From NCBI RefSeq assembly GCF_018977255.1, contig NW_024704756.1, positions 13,702,001 to 13,766,000 on the forward strand: 64,000 nt of DNA, in the 5' to 3' direction. The DNA comes from Callorhinchus milii (lineage: Eukaryota). The notes beneath the pieces are model-generated. The model saw only the letters and a program-made list of their open reading frames with translations, searched no databases and was not told the origin of the DNA. Shown piece by piece: positions 38,076-51,217 of this stretch. Each line of letters opens with the position of its first letter. Position 1 is the first letter of the stretch. Position numbers and translations under genes: made by a program.

Positions 38076-39406
38076 TTGGGCTGTGGTGTGGAGTGTATGT
38101 GTGTGTGTGTGTGATTTTGCCGCAACGTTCAATAAAAAGGAGATATGGTCCCTTTTTTTTGGGGGGTGGGGGGGGCGGGAAGAGATGCCACCAACCCCCC
38201 AAAAGGCAACCAAGGGGCGGTCAAGGTCGGAGCCGGTCAAGGCTTCGTCTCCAGGAGGAAAAGGGTCTCTCTCTCTTTTTTTGCGCCTCTTGTAAAAATG
38301 GAGCTCCTTTTACCTCCCGCCAACCCCAACCCACATCCTCCCGAGAGCCAAGTGCTCTTGTGGCCTCGTCTGCGTCAAGGAGTTCCTTGGGGGTTTGTTT
38401 TAATATAAAAACATACACACACACATCACCTTTTTAAATCCATAAAATGCTGTTTGGAAGAGGAAGGGTCACTCCGATCTCATGGCCTGATATTTTTTTT
38501 GGGGGGGAGGTGGTGGGGGGGGGGATGTGTTCTTATTTTTTTTGCACGTTTTGCAAGAACTCTCGACTTTGTAAAGTCCGTCAAGGTCATGACAAGGAGA
38601 AGGAGTGCGGCCTCTTGTTTTTTCTCTCTCTCTCTCTCTCTCTTCCCCCCTTCCCTCCCTCCCCTCCCCTCCTATCAGCCAGGGATGAAGGTAATGTGGG
38701 AGGAGAGGTTTTGCAGGTATCACGTCCACTGGGGATTTTTTTTTTTTTTTTTTTTTGCCTTTCAAAGCTTTTGGGGGGTTTTCTTTCCAAAATATATATC
38801 TCTATAACCGAGATGTTTCACGCGGGAGTGACAGGAAATAAAAGAGCAGTGGCTTCTCCTTCTTCTTCTTCTTTCCCCCCCTCCCTCCCCAACCCAATGA
38901 GGAGATGACAGGGTGAGACTTGTGTGGGAGGTTTGAGGATGACGCAGAGTGAGTTGGGATGGGGAGGGATGGGTGAGGGATGGGTGGGGAGGGGAGGGAG
39001 GGGATTGGAGGTTAGTAGATTACAGTCCCCCCATTGGCGTGAGAACATCGAGCCCCTCTCTCTCTCTCTCTCTCTCTCTGTCTGTCTGTCTGTCTCTCCT
39101 TTTTGACAATAAATACATTGGGAACTGAACTGCAAACACCAGACGTGAGATGAACACGTGTAGGGAAGCCGCCATTCTGCACCATTGCGGAAATCGGGAA
39201 GGGCGAGAGAGAGAGAGAGAGAGAGAGAGAGCGGTACCATTTTAGGCTGACGCTTCGGTTTCTCTTTTCCTCTGAAACTTGGCCCCGAGATCTCAAAGAT
39301 CTCTCTCTCTCTCTCTCTCTCTCTTTCTCCTTCCACACAGTCGACGTCACTGCAGCTGAGCAGTTTTGGTTGAAGCTGAGTGTTTTTTTTTAATGTGTAG
39401 ATATAG

Positions 39407-39437
<31 letters not shown>

Positions 39438-40107
39438 CACACATATACCGAGTAAATTGTAAGATTACATCCAGTGCTCAGGACATGGCTGCAGATTCCC
39501 TGGTTCTCATTTTGCTTTAGTGTTGGAATGTGCTGCCATTTCCATCACATCTGTCACAGACTCCATCCAGTATTTGCTGCAGGAATTTTCCAACTGCAGT
39601 GTGTGGGAGGGAGGAGGTGGGGAGGAGGAGGCAGCGTCTGTAATGTCACTTGACTGGAAGGTCAACTTGGCGGACTAGTCTATGGAGGAGATTAAGCGCT
39701 CCTCCCTCGCTTTGCACTTGGGAAGTTCCTTTCCATTACAAGTTTCGCCGGGCGTGGAAGATGTATTGTCACTTTCGCAAATGTGTGAACACACCTCAAT
39801 ACACCATACGCCTACGTGGGCTAATCCACCATTCAAGGATTTTGGTGGTTGGGTGGGGGGTGTTGACATTGTGATAGCAAAATCTCTTCCTGCAAGGGGT
39901 GAATTTTGACCTTGAACCCATTTCCATTTGGGCGTCCTTCCGGCGCGAACCGCACTATACAAATGTAATTTGTTGTTTGTTTCATCCAGGTGCTCGCTCG
40001 CACTTTGACCAGGCGGACTCAGTTGTGTTCGATGAAAGATTTGACCCTTTTGATCGATTGACAGAAATAACTATTTATCTATTTATTTGTTGTGCTTCTC
40101 ATTACAG

Positions 40108-40591
40108 GTGCAACATGCTAGCAAACAAATTTCAGCGGACATGCAGTACAAAGGGATCATCGACTGTGTTGTACGCATCCCCAAAGAGCAAGGTTTCATG
40201 TCTTTCTGGCGTGGGAACATGGCTAACGTGATCCGATACTTCCCCACCCAGGCCCTCAACTTTGCCTTCAAGGATGTGTACAAGCAGGTTTTCCTCGGAG
40301 GCATTGACAAAACACAGTTCTGGCGTTATTTCGCTGGTAACCTGGCTTCCGGTGGTGCTGCTGGTGCTACATCTCTCTGCTTTGTCTACCCCCTCGATTT
40401 TGCCCGAACACGTCTGGCCGCCGACGTCGGAAAGTCCGGTGCAGAAAGAGAGTTCAAAGGATTGGGTGACTGTCTTTCCAAGATCTTCAAGTCCGATGGC
40501 TTCAAAGGGCTGTACCAGGGCTTCAATGTGTCTGTGCAAGGCATCATCATTTACAGAGCTGCGTACTTTGGAATCTATGATACAGCTAAGG
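40108..40591 (+). CDS. SLC25A5: SLC25A5 exon 2
   Basis: ttacag| [29 protein letters not shown]...[14 protein letters not shown]|GTATGT. Confidence 0.98.
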
Positions 40592-40710
40592 GTATGTGTT
40601 GAGAGAGTGCTTGTGTGTTTGTGAATTCTGTGTATTAGGAAAAAACGTAGACGTTTTTAGTGCCTCGGGATGCGAAAGGCGCTATACAAATGTAATTTGT
40701 TGTTGTTTAG

Positions 40711-40893
<183 letters not shown>

Positions 40894-41420
40894 TAAGTTA
40901 ACGAGTCATGTTACTGAGAGACTAGTGACATTAAACTGTCCCAAGGGTTAAGAAGTTGCTTGTGGAACACGAGGACAAAATGTTCATATCTCTCCTCTTT
41001 GTAAAAATAGACCCTTAGCCTATTTACATTTGTGAGAGAATTTACATTTTTTACAGTGTTGTATTACTGTACTGTTTAGTATCCTCTTCCGTTGTGATAA
41101 AATTTGGTAAAATTGTTGCAGGTTGAATCAAGATCAGGGATGTCTAATGCGTGATGTATCTCTGGTTCCTCTATTTGTCGATAAGTTATATGAAAAGTCT
41201 GGTGCCTCAGGGAGGTTCAAGCAAATCAATACTTTTAATCTGTCTACAAACTGGCAGATATCTGCATTGTTGCCTCAACCCCTGAAGATTATAGCAAAAC
41301 CGGTTATTTTTGCCTCCCTTTGGAATTTTAAAGCGTCCCACCAGGATAGCTTTTGCTCTTTATTTTTGGGTTCGTTTTGAAAGATGGTAAATTTCTTAAT
41401 GCCCGTTATTCTGCTTTCAG

Positions 41421-41578
41421 CTGATATCATGTACACGGGCACAATTGATTGCTGGAGGAAGATTCTTCAGGATGAAGGCGGCAAGGCCTTCTTCAAGGGT
41501 GCCTGGTCCAATGTGCTCAGAGGCATGGGTGGTGCTTTCGTACTGGTCTTGTATGATGAATTCAAGAAAGTTATCTAA
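41421..41578 (+). CDS. SLC25A5: SLC25A5 exon 4
   Basis: tttcag| (A)[51 protein letters not shown]. The four exons sum to 897 nt = 298 aa. Confidence 0.98.
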
Positions 41579-41835
41579 ATGGTCACAGATTTCAGTGTTA
41601 TGTGACTGATGTGTTGTACTTGTAACATATCCTGTACATTCATGGACTGTATGTCAAATTGCATCTTTTTATTTATGGGGTCCATCTGGTTACTTTCTAC
41701 CAGTTGGGTTGCGAGGACCATGTTAAGTGACCACGATTACTTTTCGATACAACAGTATCATTCCATACCGATGATGGGACGACATGACTTCATCCAGCCG
41801 GTCTGTTCTTTTTAACCACCATAATAACAAAAAAA

Positions 41836-41841
41836 AATAAA
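41836..41841 (+). terminator. SLC25A5 polyadenylation signal
   Basis: AATAAA followed by GT-rich downstream element (GTTGTGTGTGTTTT). A second AATAAA lies at 41877. Confidence 0.7.
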
Positions 41842-44362
41842 ACGCTGATGTAAATCAATGCAGTTGTGTGTGTTTTAATAAATAGCTGCACTATTGTAAC
41901 CAGACGTTAACAGGGCCAAAAGGTTGTCCTAAATTTGCTTGTGTGCGGGGAATGCTGACAATGTATGGAACAATTGACAATTCAGCAAGGAGGCTGATCG
42001 GTGCTGTGAGAAATCTAGGAAGAATGGATCTCATTGTTAATTGGTTTGCCCTATTTACATTGTACCAGTGAAGGTGATGTTCCAGGTCATCTATACATAT
42101 GTATACATGGAAGTCATGCTATTCCAAAATCCAGGAAGCTCAAAACTCAAGGAATTAACCAGGCTTTTGTCAGCTGACTGAAATATTTCTTTTTTTTCTC
42201 TCTTTCCCCCCCAGCCCAGGCAATTGTTTTGATTTCTGCTTATTTTAATATACAACAACCATGATCTGGCATGCTGGTTACACATCTCCAACATTGCTTA
42301 GGCTAACTGCAAATGTATACATATATAAGTATTATGTAAAAGAATGTTGCTCTGACTATTTTTGCTTCATACTGACCAGGTTGATCGTACCTGATCAATA
42401 TCTAGTTTATATTTCCCTTACCTCAATGCCCAAATGAGAGACATTCAATGTGGATGTTGATATTCAGAAGTGTATTGGGAAAACTGTATAACTGTAATGG
42501 GCATTGTAATCTGTAATAAACAAGTGCCAAGGTTTGCCCTAATTTGCTGAGTTCTGTGCAGTAACAGATTACAGACATCACAACTTTCACTTAAACAGGG
42601 GTTACATTTATGATTATGACTTCAATGCCTTTTTTGGAAAGACATTTTTTCTCTCCCACTGCTCCAATTATAAGGCAATAGTTGAGCACTGTGCTCCTGA
42701 CTTTTTCAATTATTCAGCCTTTCCTCAAGTCAGCACTATTAGTTTCCTGTAGGTAAAGGGAACTATCAACTCTGAAAAAGTATTTGGCAGAAATGGGAGT
42801 GAACTGCAGAAACCAAGTAAGCTCATGCTACAAGTCCAAACTATGATTCTACAAAATTACTTGGGACCACAAAATGTATTCTCATTTTTGTAAATGTAAT
42901 GCAGACTTATAGTTTCCATTATCTAGATTTGAGTAGATGTTAAAATTAAATATGGTTTGATAAAATCTATGTAGAATGAATCACAACTTTGCTAAGAATA
43001 GTTGACCATTGACCTTACTTTACCACAAGCTGAGAATGGAACCATTGAAGAACCCCCTGGATAAATAAATCCCATTAGAAATATTATTTTCCAGTCTTAC
43101 TTAAGTCAAAGCTTTGGAACAAATTGAATGGCGAACCATTTCTGAAGGAAAAACATCCAAAGAAATAGAGAAAAGTAACCAGATTTGAATTTCACTTCTT
43201 CCATTCAGGATCTTCAGTGGGAAGTTGAGGTACTTCCATCCCCTTTGAGTAATGATAATGTGGACTCTGGTAAGTCATTAATCTTTGGTGTTCACATTTG
43301 ACTCATTCTCAGCACTTGCTCCCTGAAGGTTACAGCCAATACAACGACTAGGTTTTCATGTTAATCTGCATTCTTATATTTTTTTACACTGGGATTGCAA
43401 AACAATTTCCTTCTGGTAGCTGTTTTGTGAAACGGGTGTATAAAACTGAGATTTAATTGTATTCTCAGATTTAATTATGCTTTGGATAAAAAAAACTTGT
43501 TTTACTGAAACCATGATTTTCACTTTTAATTGAAATTCAGCTTTATCTACTGTGTTGACATGTAATGAATTCTTGCGTTTCAGTTTGGTTTTCTGTACGT
43601 GAACTCAGCTGTGGTTTATTTGGAAGAATGAGGCATTTCAAATAAAGATCTGATTCTGTGTTGAGTGCAGTATCGCACAGGATACCAGAGTAGGTCAATA
43701 TGGTCACACTGCCAATGGTTTCTAATTCTATTGATCTGACCAAGTAGCCAATATCTTTTCAGTCAGTGAGTGCACACTGGTGAAATGTGGAGTAAATTAA
43801 ATTAGGCTGATTCACAGTTTTATTTGTAATCGCTACACAATGTGGAGGTAATAATCTGGATGGTTTTACATCTTAATTTTAAGCGAAGTCTTTGGGACAT
43901 TTACATGTTGTCCAACTACATTAGTATTTTTGAACTATCTAGTCAATCAATATTNAAAAATTTACAATGAAGGAATTTGCCCAAACTAATTTCACAAAAA
44001 ACGCTTACAGGAGACTTTCATGCTATGAATCTGGACTTGATTCATAGTCATTAGAAGTCATGTAATATTCCAACTATGCACCTTCCAGTTGTCCATGCAA
44101 TGCTAAGTGCCTTTGATTGACGAATCTGTATACCGTTCCTATATCCTTGTGGCATCCCAGGTTATACTACCAATCAGTGGTTAAGTATCATCACTTTTGA
44201 CTTAAATATCACGGACACTGGCCCACGTCAAGTTATCCATAATTCGGTTCAATTAAATCATGAGAGTAGTTTCATTTATCTTGGAAAAAAAGAACTATTT
44301 GTGGATTTAGTAAGGAGTCACTGAATAACAATCAGGAGCAGAAATCCTGGCTAGTGGTTCTC

Positions 44363-44681
44363 TAATAATAATAATAATAATCCTTGCATTTGATATAGCG
44401 CTTTTCACGTCGGGAGGACGTCCCAAAGCGCTTCACAGAACACACTGTAAAGTGAATTGACTGTATATTTGTGGGCGAACGCGGCAGCCAATTGCGCACA
44501 GCAATGTCCCACAAACAGTCGTAGATTGAAAATGACCAATTTAATTATTGTTTTTTTTGGAGGGATTATTATTAGGCGTGTGGAGTAACGAAACTTGCCC
44601 AAGGTTTCGCCCTGTGCCTGGAATTGAACTCAGGTCTCTCACTTGCAAAGCGAGTGCTCTAACCACTGAGCTACAGGACTT
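44363..44681 (-). mobile_element. Full-length young tRNA-derived SINE with target-site duplication
   Basis: A box TAGCTCAGTGG, B box AGTTCAATTCC, (TTA)n tail. TTCTCTA is found on both flanks. Confidence 0.93.
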
Positions 44682-46529
44682 CTCTACCTAGCTCAGGGGC
44701 ACTGAGCTCAATAATATAAATCTAATTTATTGCCAGGGCTATGGTTTCATCTGGTTGCATTGTATTTCTGCTTCTTTGGCCTCATTTAACAGAGTATTGC
44801 TTACTGCTGGTTCTGGACACAATTCTGAGATATTAAAGGTAACACACTCGCATACACATGTAGTTATATAATTCACCCTAAAGAAAAAAGCCATTGCCTT
44901 GCAAAAAGGTTATCATCTTAGATCGATTCATCACAACTGAGGGATTTCCACTTCCAGGATATGTTTGGATAATTACAGTAGTCCCAGAGAACATGCTTAA
45001 ACACAACACAGTGAACTGTTGGCAAGGGAGGGGCATTATATAATGGAGAACAAAGTAACACCATTAATCATTATTTACTTAAACTGCAATCACAGTTGCA
45101 ATTGTTCTCTTTCGAGTTCCATCCTTGTGTGTTCTCAACATACATTCCGGGTGAGTGTAATGAAGGGTGCGTGGAGTGTGTGCTGACCTTTTAATGCTCG
45201 TTTCCTATGAAAGAGCTTGCAGAGTTTACCACGTCTCAATGATGTGGGAGGGAGGGTCGTACCAGGGATGTGTGTCATATTGCAGAGGCTTTTCCTGCAG
45301 TTCTGCAGTGACCGTCTTCTGAGCAGACTCAATAGCTCCTGCAGTTGCATAACTACTCAGTATTCTGCAATGAGCTTCGCCACTGGCCAGTCTATGCGGG
45401 CTGAAGCATTCAACTTTCCAATGAAATTACATTCCGTTGACTTGGCAACAACTTGTACGTTAACAGTATGAGTCAGACAATCATTCGCAAAAGCAGCTCT
45501 GGAAGTACTCCATGGCTGATTCATATTCCTGTCTGTGAGCAGCACAGCAAATATGAGGACAGAAATATGTTTTTTTTCTACTAGTGAATCAGGATGTTGG
45601 ATGTTTCATACCAAGCCTGCATTACCTCCCCTGTAACTCAAGTCATGGGTGCTGTGAGTCAGGAATTACCCTTTGGGCATGTTAAAACTGGGTCATCCTG
45701 TGTTGCTTAATTCCCATAGTAATGTGGCCTGCTTGTTGGTGTGCATTTGGCACAAGTTCAGGGAGTGCACTTAGTGAGAGCCTTACAGTAGAAATGCTTT
45801 TTCCCTTGGCTGTGAGCGACATTTTAGTTATTGTGCACATTGTAATTAACATTGTACAATAAAGGCTCTCACAAGCAATCGGTATGGAAGCGTGGCTCAG
45901 ATTCAAACAGCAGAAATGCAAAACATTTAGCACCAGAACCCAGTTTACAGAGGGATTGCCAAACAGCTCATTATGTTACCATTTCACACGCTTGTTGACA
46001 GCGGCTCAACACATACTCTTGCATTGCCATTTCAAACTCCACTCATATCTACACTGGATATTTTGGAGGAAATGTAAATTCATATTAGAAAATGTTAAGT
46101 TGTATTGGATTACCACGTGCCCTAAGAATAACTTTTGAGATTCACTGCACTGCATGTGCTGTATTTAGCTGTATTTATGTGCGTTCAGCCTATAAAAAAA
46201 ATTAATAATCCTTGGATTTGATAAATGAATGTTCTATGATCATTTTATGAAAACACTAATGCTAGTGATTGATAATTTTGCATACTGTATTGTCTTGAAT
46301 ATTTTCTACCATGCAATAAGATCATGCCTACAGTGTTGTACATTTCTGACTGGATTTAAAGTGAAAACTAGGAAGTCAAGTATGTAAAATCAGCTTTTAC
46401 ACTTTGGGTGATATTTTATCATGGAAAAGGTTAATTCCCTTATTAAAAGGTTGAAGTTGTGACTCTATGAGAACAAAATTGTTCAGTTCCAATCATGTCT
46501 TTATGATCTACATAACATTATGATACAGT

Positions 46530-46856
46530 GGAGTCCTGTAGCTCAGTGCTTAGAACATTTGCTTTGCAAGCGAGAGACCTGGGTTCAATTCCAGGCAGGT
46601 CAGGGTGAAACCTTGGGCAAGTTTCCTTACTCCACACAGAGCCTAATAATAATCCCTCCAAAAACCCAAAACAATAATAAATTGGTCATTTTCAATGTAC
46701 GACTGTTTGTGGGACATTGCTGTGCGCAATTGGCTGCCGCGTTCGCCCACAAATATACAGTCAATTCACTTTACAGTGTGTTCTGTGAAGCGCTTTGGGA
46801 CGTCCTCCCGACGTGAAAAGCGCTATATCAAATGCAAGGATTATTATTATTATTAT
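46530..46856 (+). mobile_element. Full-length tRNA(Ala-like)-derived SINE
   Basis: GGAGTCCTGTAGCTCAGTG...TTTGCAAG...GGTTCAATTCC head, body nearly identical to the 44363 and 54087 copies, L2-like 3' end and (TTA)n tail. Confidence 0.93.
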
Positions 46857-46859
46857 AGT

Positions 46860-47165
46860 GCTTACAGAGCAGCAACCAAATTGTGCATAGTAACAACCTA
46901 CAAACAGCCAAGATGTGAATGACCAATTTAATCTGCTCAGAAGACCGAGAAACTTATTTTTCTGTTCAAATTATGCCATGAGATCTTCAATACCCCCTGA
47001 ATAGATGCTCAAGACTTTGGTTTAACATCTCATCCAAAGGACGTTTTTTCTGACAATGTAGTCCCCCGTTGAAATCTCAGCCAAGATTTTGAGTCGAAGT
47101 GCTGAGCACACAACTTTCTGACTCAGTAGAGAGAGAGAGTGCTACCAAGTGAGCCAGACTGACAC
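46860..47165 (-). mobile_element. Old Deu-domain SINE (SacSINE/AmnSINE-like) remnant
   Basis: CCATGAGATCTT...GGTTTAACATCTCATCCAAAGGAC...TTCTGACTCAG...GAGTGCTACC..TGAGCCA resembles the Deu core plus tRNA head in reverse. Confidence 0.6.
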
Positions 47166-47644
47166 AGTTCTCACTTGTAAGAACAGTACCAACAAATTGC
47201 TGTGTAGAGACAATAAGGCACTGATGTTCCAGCCACTACAATCATCTGCTAATTCCCACCCAGCATCTCTTTCACACAGAGGTGTGGGGTAACTCCATTG
47301 CACATACTAACCCTATATCATCCTGTCATCCATCAGTATTCTATCACGCAACCCACCAGGAACTGAGATGGAAGAACAATATGTTTCATTGCTGTGATTG
47401 TCAGGTGAACTCACCGGCTTTGGTTTGCGAGTGCAACTCGTGTTCTGTTAGTTATTCAATGTATCAAACTCGATGATGGGACTTTTTTTAATGAGAAAAT
47501 CCAATTAGATCACCAAGTGGGAAACACGATATTTCTTGCAAACTTGTAGTTGAAGCTTTTGGTGACAGTGGTGATGAACCACATACAGCAATGTATGTAT
47601 GCAATAGTGTTGCTGAAACTGTGAGAATCCAGTAAGTTAATATT

Positions 47645-47780
47645 TGTTAGTTAAGGGTATCAAGGGATATGGGGCAAGGGCAGGTAATTGGAGTTGAAGT
47701 ACAGATCAGCCATGGTCTTATAGAATGGCAGAACAGGCTTGAGGGGTTGAATGGCCTACTCCTGTTTCTACGTTCCTATT
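47645..47780 (+). mobile_element. CR1/HER1-type LINE 3' end fragment
   Basis: AAGGGTATCAAGGGATATGGG...GATCAGCCATG...GAATGGCAGAACAGGCTTGAGGGG..GAATGGCCTACTCCTG, typical of chondrichthyan CR1 3' ends. Confidence 0.8.
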
Positions 47781-50700
47781 ACTAAATTTTCCATTAATAA
47801 AATGTATTTGCCATGTGAAACATCTAACAGCCTTTGAATTTAACTGGGCAAGGCTTAACACATCCTCAGCACAGTTGGTGAATTCAGATTGTGGTTTGGA
47901 AAATATATCTACAATAAAGGTAGGTCTTTAAAATGATCATATTTCAAAATATTGTACAGATTTATCTTGGAACATGTGTGAGAGAATAGGAATCAACAAA
48001 CACTGGGCATGTGTCATGACTTGCAAGCTCTTTGTATCTGAATCATTTTTGATAATTCATAAGTATTATATATTATTATAAAATGATGCTTGATTTTGAT
48101 ATAATGCCTTTCACATTGATGAGATGCCTCAAAGTGCTGCACAGGACTCACTGTAAAGTGGAATGACCTTACATCATCTGGGAAGCACCTTAAAGAAGAT
48201 CTTGAGAAGTTCTCGCTGATATTATTCTCCTCCCAGGATCGGCTGCTGTCTATTCAACAGTTTCACTGGTGTGGCGACATTAAACAATTGTGAACAAGAT
48301 TATTTAAATCACTGTCCCCACTGGAAAAAATGCAAATTCCATTACAGAGAATCACATGGGTGTTACCCTTTTCTTAAAACTTATTTTTCTTGTGCTTAGT
48401 CACGAGGGAGGAATGTGAGTGAGGGAGTGGCACTCAGAGTGAGCTCCAGGTTTTCCCGCCAAGGGAAGTCGTAGCTCAGCTTAACCACAGAGTAAAACAC
48501 TGCCCATTCTGGTCCTGACTGTGCTACAATCCAGGAACCCTGTACATACATAGCAAATATAGAAAACCACAACTTGCATTTATATTGTGCCCTTCACATG
48601 CGATGAGAATAGAAGACCTTGAGTGGAAAGACTTATGCTTCTTGCTCTACTTTGAACAAGGAAGAGAAATAGCTATGATTCCCGTATTTGGTTTGTTTTA
48701 TATTATTACAAAATCAATCTGCGATTTCATAACATGAAAAAAAATGTGTTTACAGATTCTGATCCAGCCGTCCACACAAGGGTGTCCAAGGGACCACAGG
48801 AGAGCAAGCCCAGCATTTTTTGCATCTGTCCTGTTTGAATCGCACGTGTCAATCTCACTGCTCCTGGTGACATTGCGTTGTGAGACTCCAGAATGAATCA
48901 TGTTCTCTCAACCTTCCTGTACGTAGCACTTTTGGCAGCAAAACCCTGCTGAAACTCACACAGACGTTCAGTTTACACACAGCCAGAGTCAAATTACCAA
49001 TTTAATGCCAGCTTCATACTCTGGGCTCATGCTCACTAGAAGTTGTTGAGATTGTCCCAACTCACACTTGCTTGGGATCCTTCGGAACTGGATGAGATGA
49101 GACTTTCAACTCAACACTTATGGATCAGTTCGCAAAGGCACAGCCAGTGTTTAAATGGAGTCATCCAAATCCAGAGGGTCACAGGTTCAATCCCTGGTTT
49201 GTGCTGAGTTTGCTGATCTCAGCCAGGGCAGTATTAGAGTGTGGTGTCCTACATTCTGTGAAGCACTTTGAGACAGCTCGAAGATGTGATAAGGCACTAT
49301 GTCAAATGCAAGGATTATTATTATTATTTTAAATAGAACATACAGATATTCTTCAAATCATTCTAACTGGAAAGGCTTCCACTTCCTTCTCTGAGTCACT
49401 TTTTACAGTCAGACAACTGCAATTCATTCAGTCAATTGGTTTAATATTAGAAATCTGGAACATTAATTTGTTTGTTTTTCGACCAGGAAAAAATGAACAA
49501 AATGAAAACATAAATGCTCCCTCAAAGTTAAGAATTGAATCCTGGAATCTCAAATACAATAACACCAAAATGATGGTTAAAAACTGTTGCTTTGATCAGC
49601 AAAGGGATCGGAAACGGCAGCTTGTGACTGACAGGGGATTCAAGCAGCAGCAGTAGTTGGTCTGTATCATGGCCAATTCAGTGAGGAGCATCAGCTTCAG
49701 TGAATTATTGTAAAGGTTTCCCTGTTGTGCGTGCCCTTGAGTTGTTAACATCATTTGGATGTTCCTGATTGATGTGCACCTTGTAATCATCTTCCATTTT
49801 AGGAAGAAGCTGAGCAGTAACATTCGCAGTGCACAATCTGTGCCTCAGTTGAGAACAGGTTAATACCAGTTAACATGACCAGGGTGAAATGTCCTTCACT
49901 CGTCCTCTGGTGATAAAAAATCGATCCCCAGCCCCCCCACCCACTGTCTTATCAACAAATTACAGTTCCATTCAGTAAAATTGTAGTTCAGCATCAGTTG
50001 TGCAAAGCAGCGAAAGATTCGATAAGCATTAAGATGAATTGAATGTTTTATCTTTCTTTCTCTGCACTGGTTAATGATTGCTTCAGCATGCCTTACTCTG
50101 ACGGAGAACATTTTACTAAAGCCTCGTGATGGTAGTCACATGACAAATAGACAGAATAGCAGCTGATCGGTCCCACAGCCCTGGAACACGCAAGGCCCTG
50201 AGGATTTTAGCGACCGTGAATTATTCCGTCTCAGGAGTGGGGGCTAAGCATTGGAGGTTTTTAGCAGAAAATACGGCTCATAAAGCACCTGTAAACTATC
50301 CGACGGTGATGGGAGGGGAGATTGAGGTGTTATGTCAGGCTGCTGCAGGCAACCTTTCCAGAGAAACGTTCTGTATCTTTGCCAAGGTCACGGTATAATT
50401 GACACCTTGGGCAGCATTTATTGAGTTGGGATAACCTTGCTTACTGTGCAGCCTTCGCTGCTGCTGATACGAGCTGTCAATTTGGTGCTTCCCCGACTGT
50501 GTACAAGGTATTTTTTTTTGCCAAATAAAAACTGCTGCTGTGGAGCTGCAAGACCAGCACTTAACATCGAGCAAGCTCCTTTCTCTGATAATACTTTAAT
50601 CCTCTAAGCTGTCTTCCCAGCTACAGTTGACAGCTGAATGTGACAAAATGCACCAGATGATCTTCATCATCATTGGATAATGATCTTGTCTGTCCTGATG

Positions 50701-51150
50701 TCTCTGCAATTCAGTACATTGTCAAAAAATGAATCATAAAACAAAATGAGGAAGGGAGGTTTTAGACGAGGTGTGTCTCATTTAAGAAACACTGACTCTC
50801 AAGTAATGTACAATACTATATTTTTATTTTCAATATTTTTTCCCTCCTCCTTTCCCAAAGGCATTCAATTCCTTTTTTTCTTTCCACTGGGGTTGGGTTC
50901 CAGAGTTCTCCTCCAGGACCTTGTTCCTTGTGACCATTATTTATGTGCAATGATTGACAGTGAGTGTCGGCAAGTTATTTGATTACAGGGAGTAACATAA
51001 CCATTGCAGTTGAGTCCATTCATGTCCTCACGCACTCTACACACACACACACACACACACACGTGTGCACACACTTGCTTTCAGTTCCAACAGTGGGGTG
51101 ACTCATTAGCGATCTGGAGCTGGAACCCACAATGGCTTCATTTAATGCCT

Positions 51151-51217
51151 TTACTTTAAGAGGTTGATAACGTTAACCAAATGTACATTGGTTAACGTTA
51201 TCAACCTCTTAAAGTAA
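51151..51217. repeat. Perfect 30-bp inverted repeat with 7-nt spacer
   Basis: TTACTTTAAGAGGTTGATAACGTTAACCAA-atgtaca-TTGGTTAACGTTATCAACCTCTTAAAGTAA. Confidence 0.95.

Noticed and set aside
36854-39444. Many overlapping ORFs around SLC25A5 exon 1
   Set aside because: GC-rich and low-complexity sequence lacking stops. Only 37600-37713 is homologous coding sequence.
46530-46606. tRNA-Ala gene (also at 54340-54413, 44610-44681, 21573-21640)
   Set aside because: These are SINE heads continuous with the SINE body and tail, with no proper acceptor stem or terminator.
49468-49656. Plus-strand ORF with LVTDRGF resembling a DDE transposase motif
   Set aside because: Short, no other catalytic motifs or TIRs, and the opposite strand is better explained by the decayed gene.
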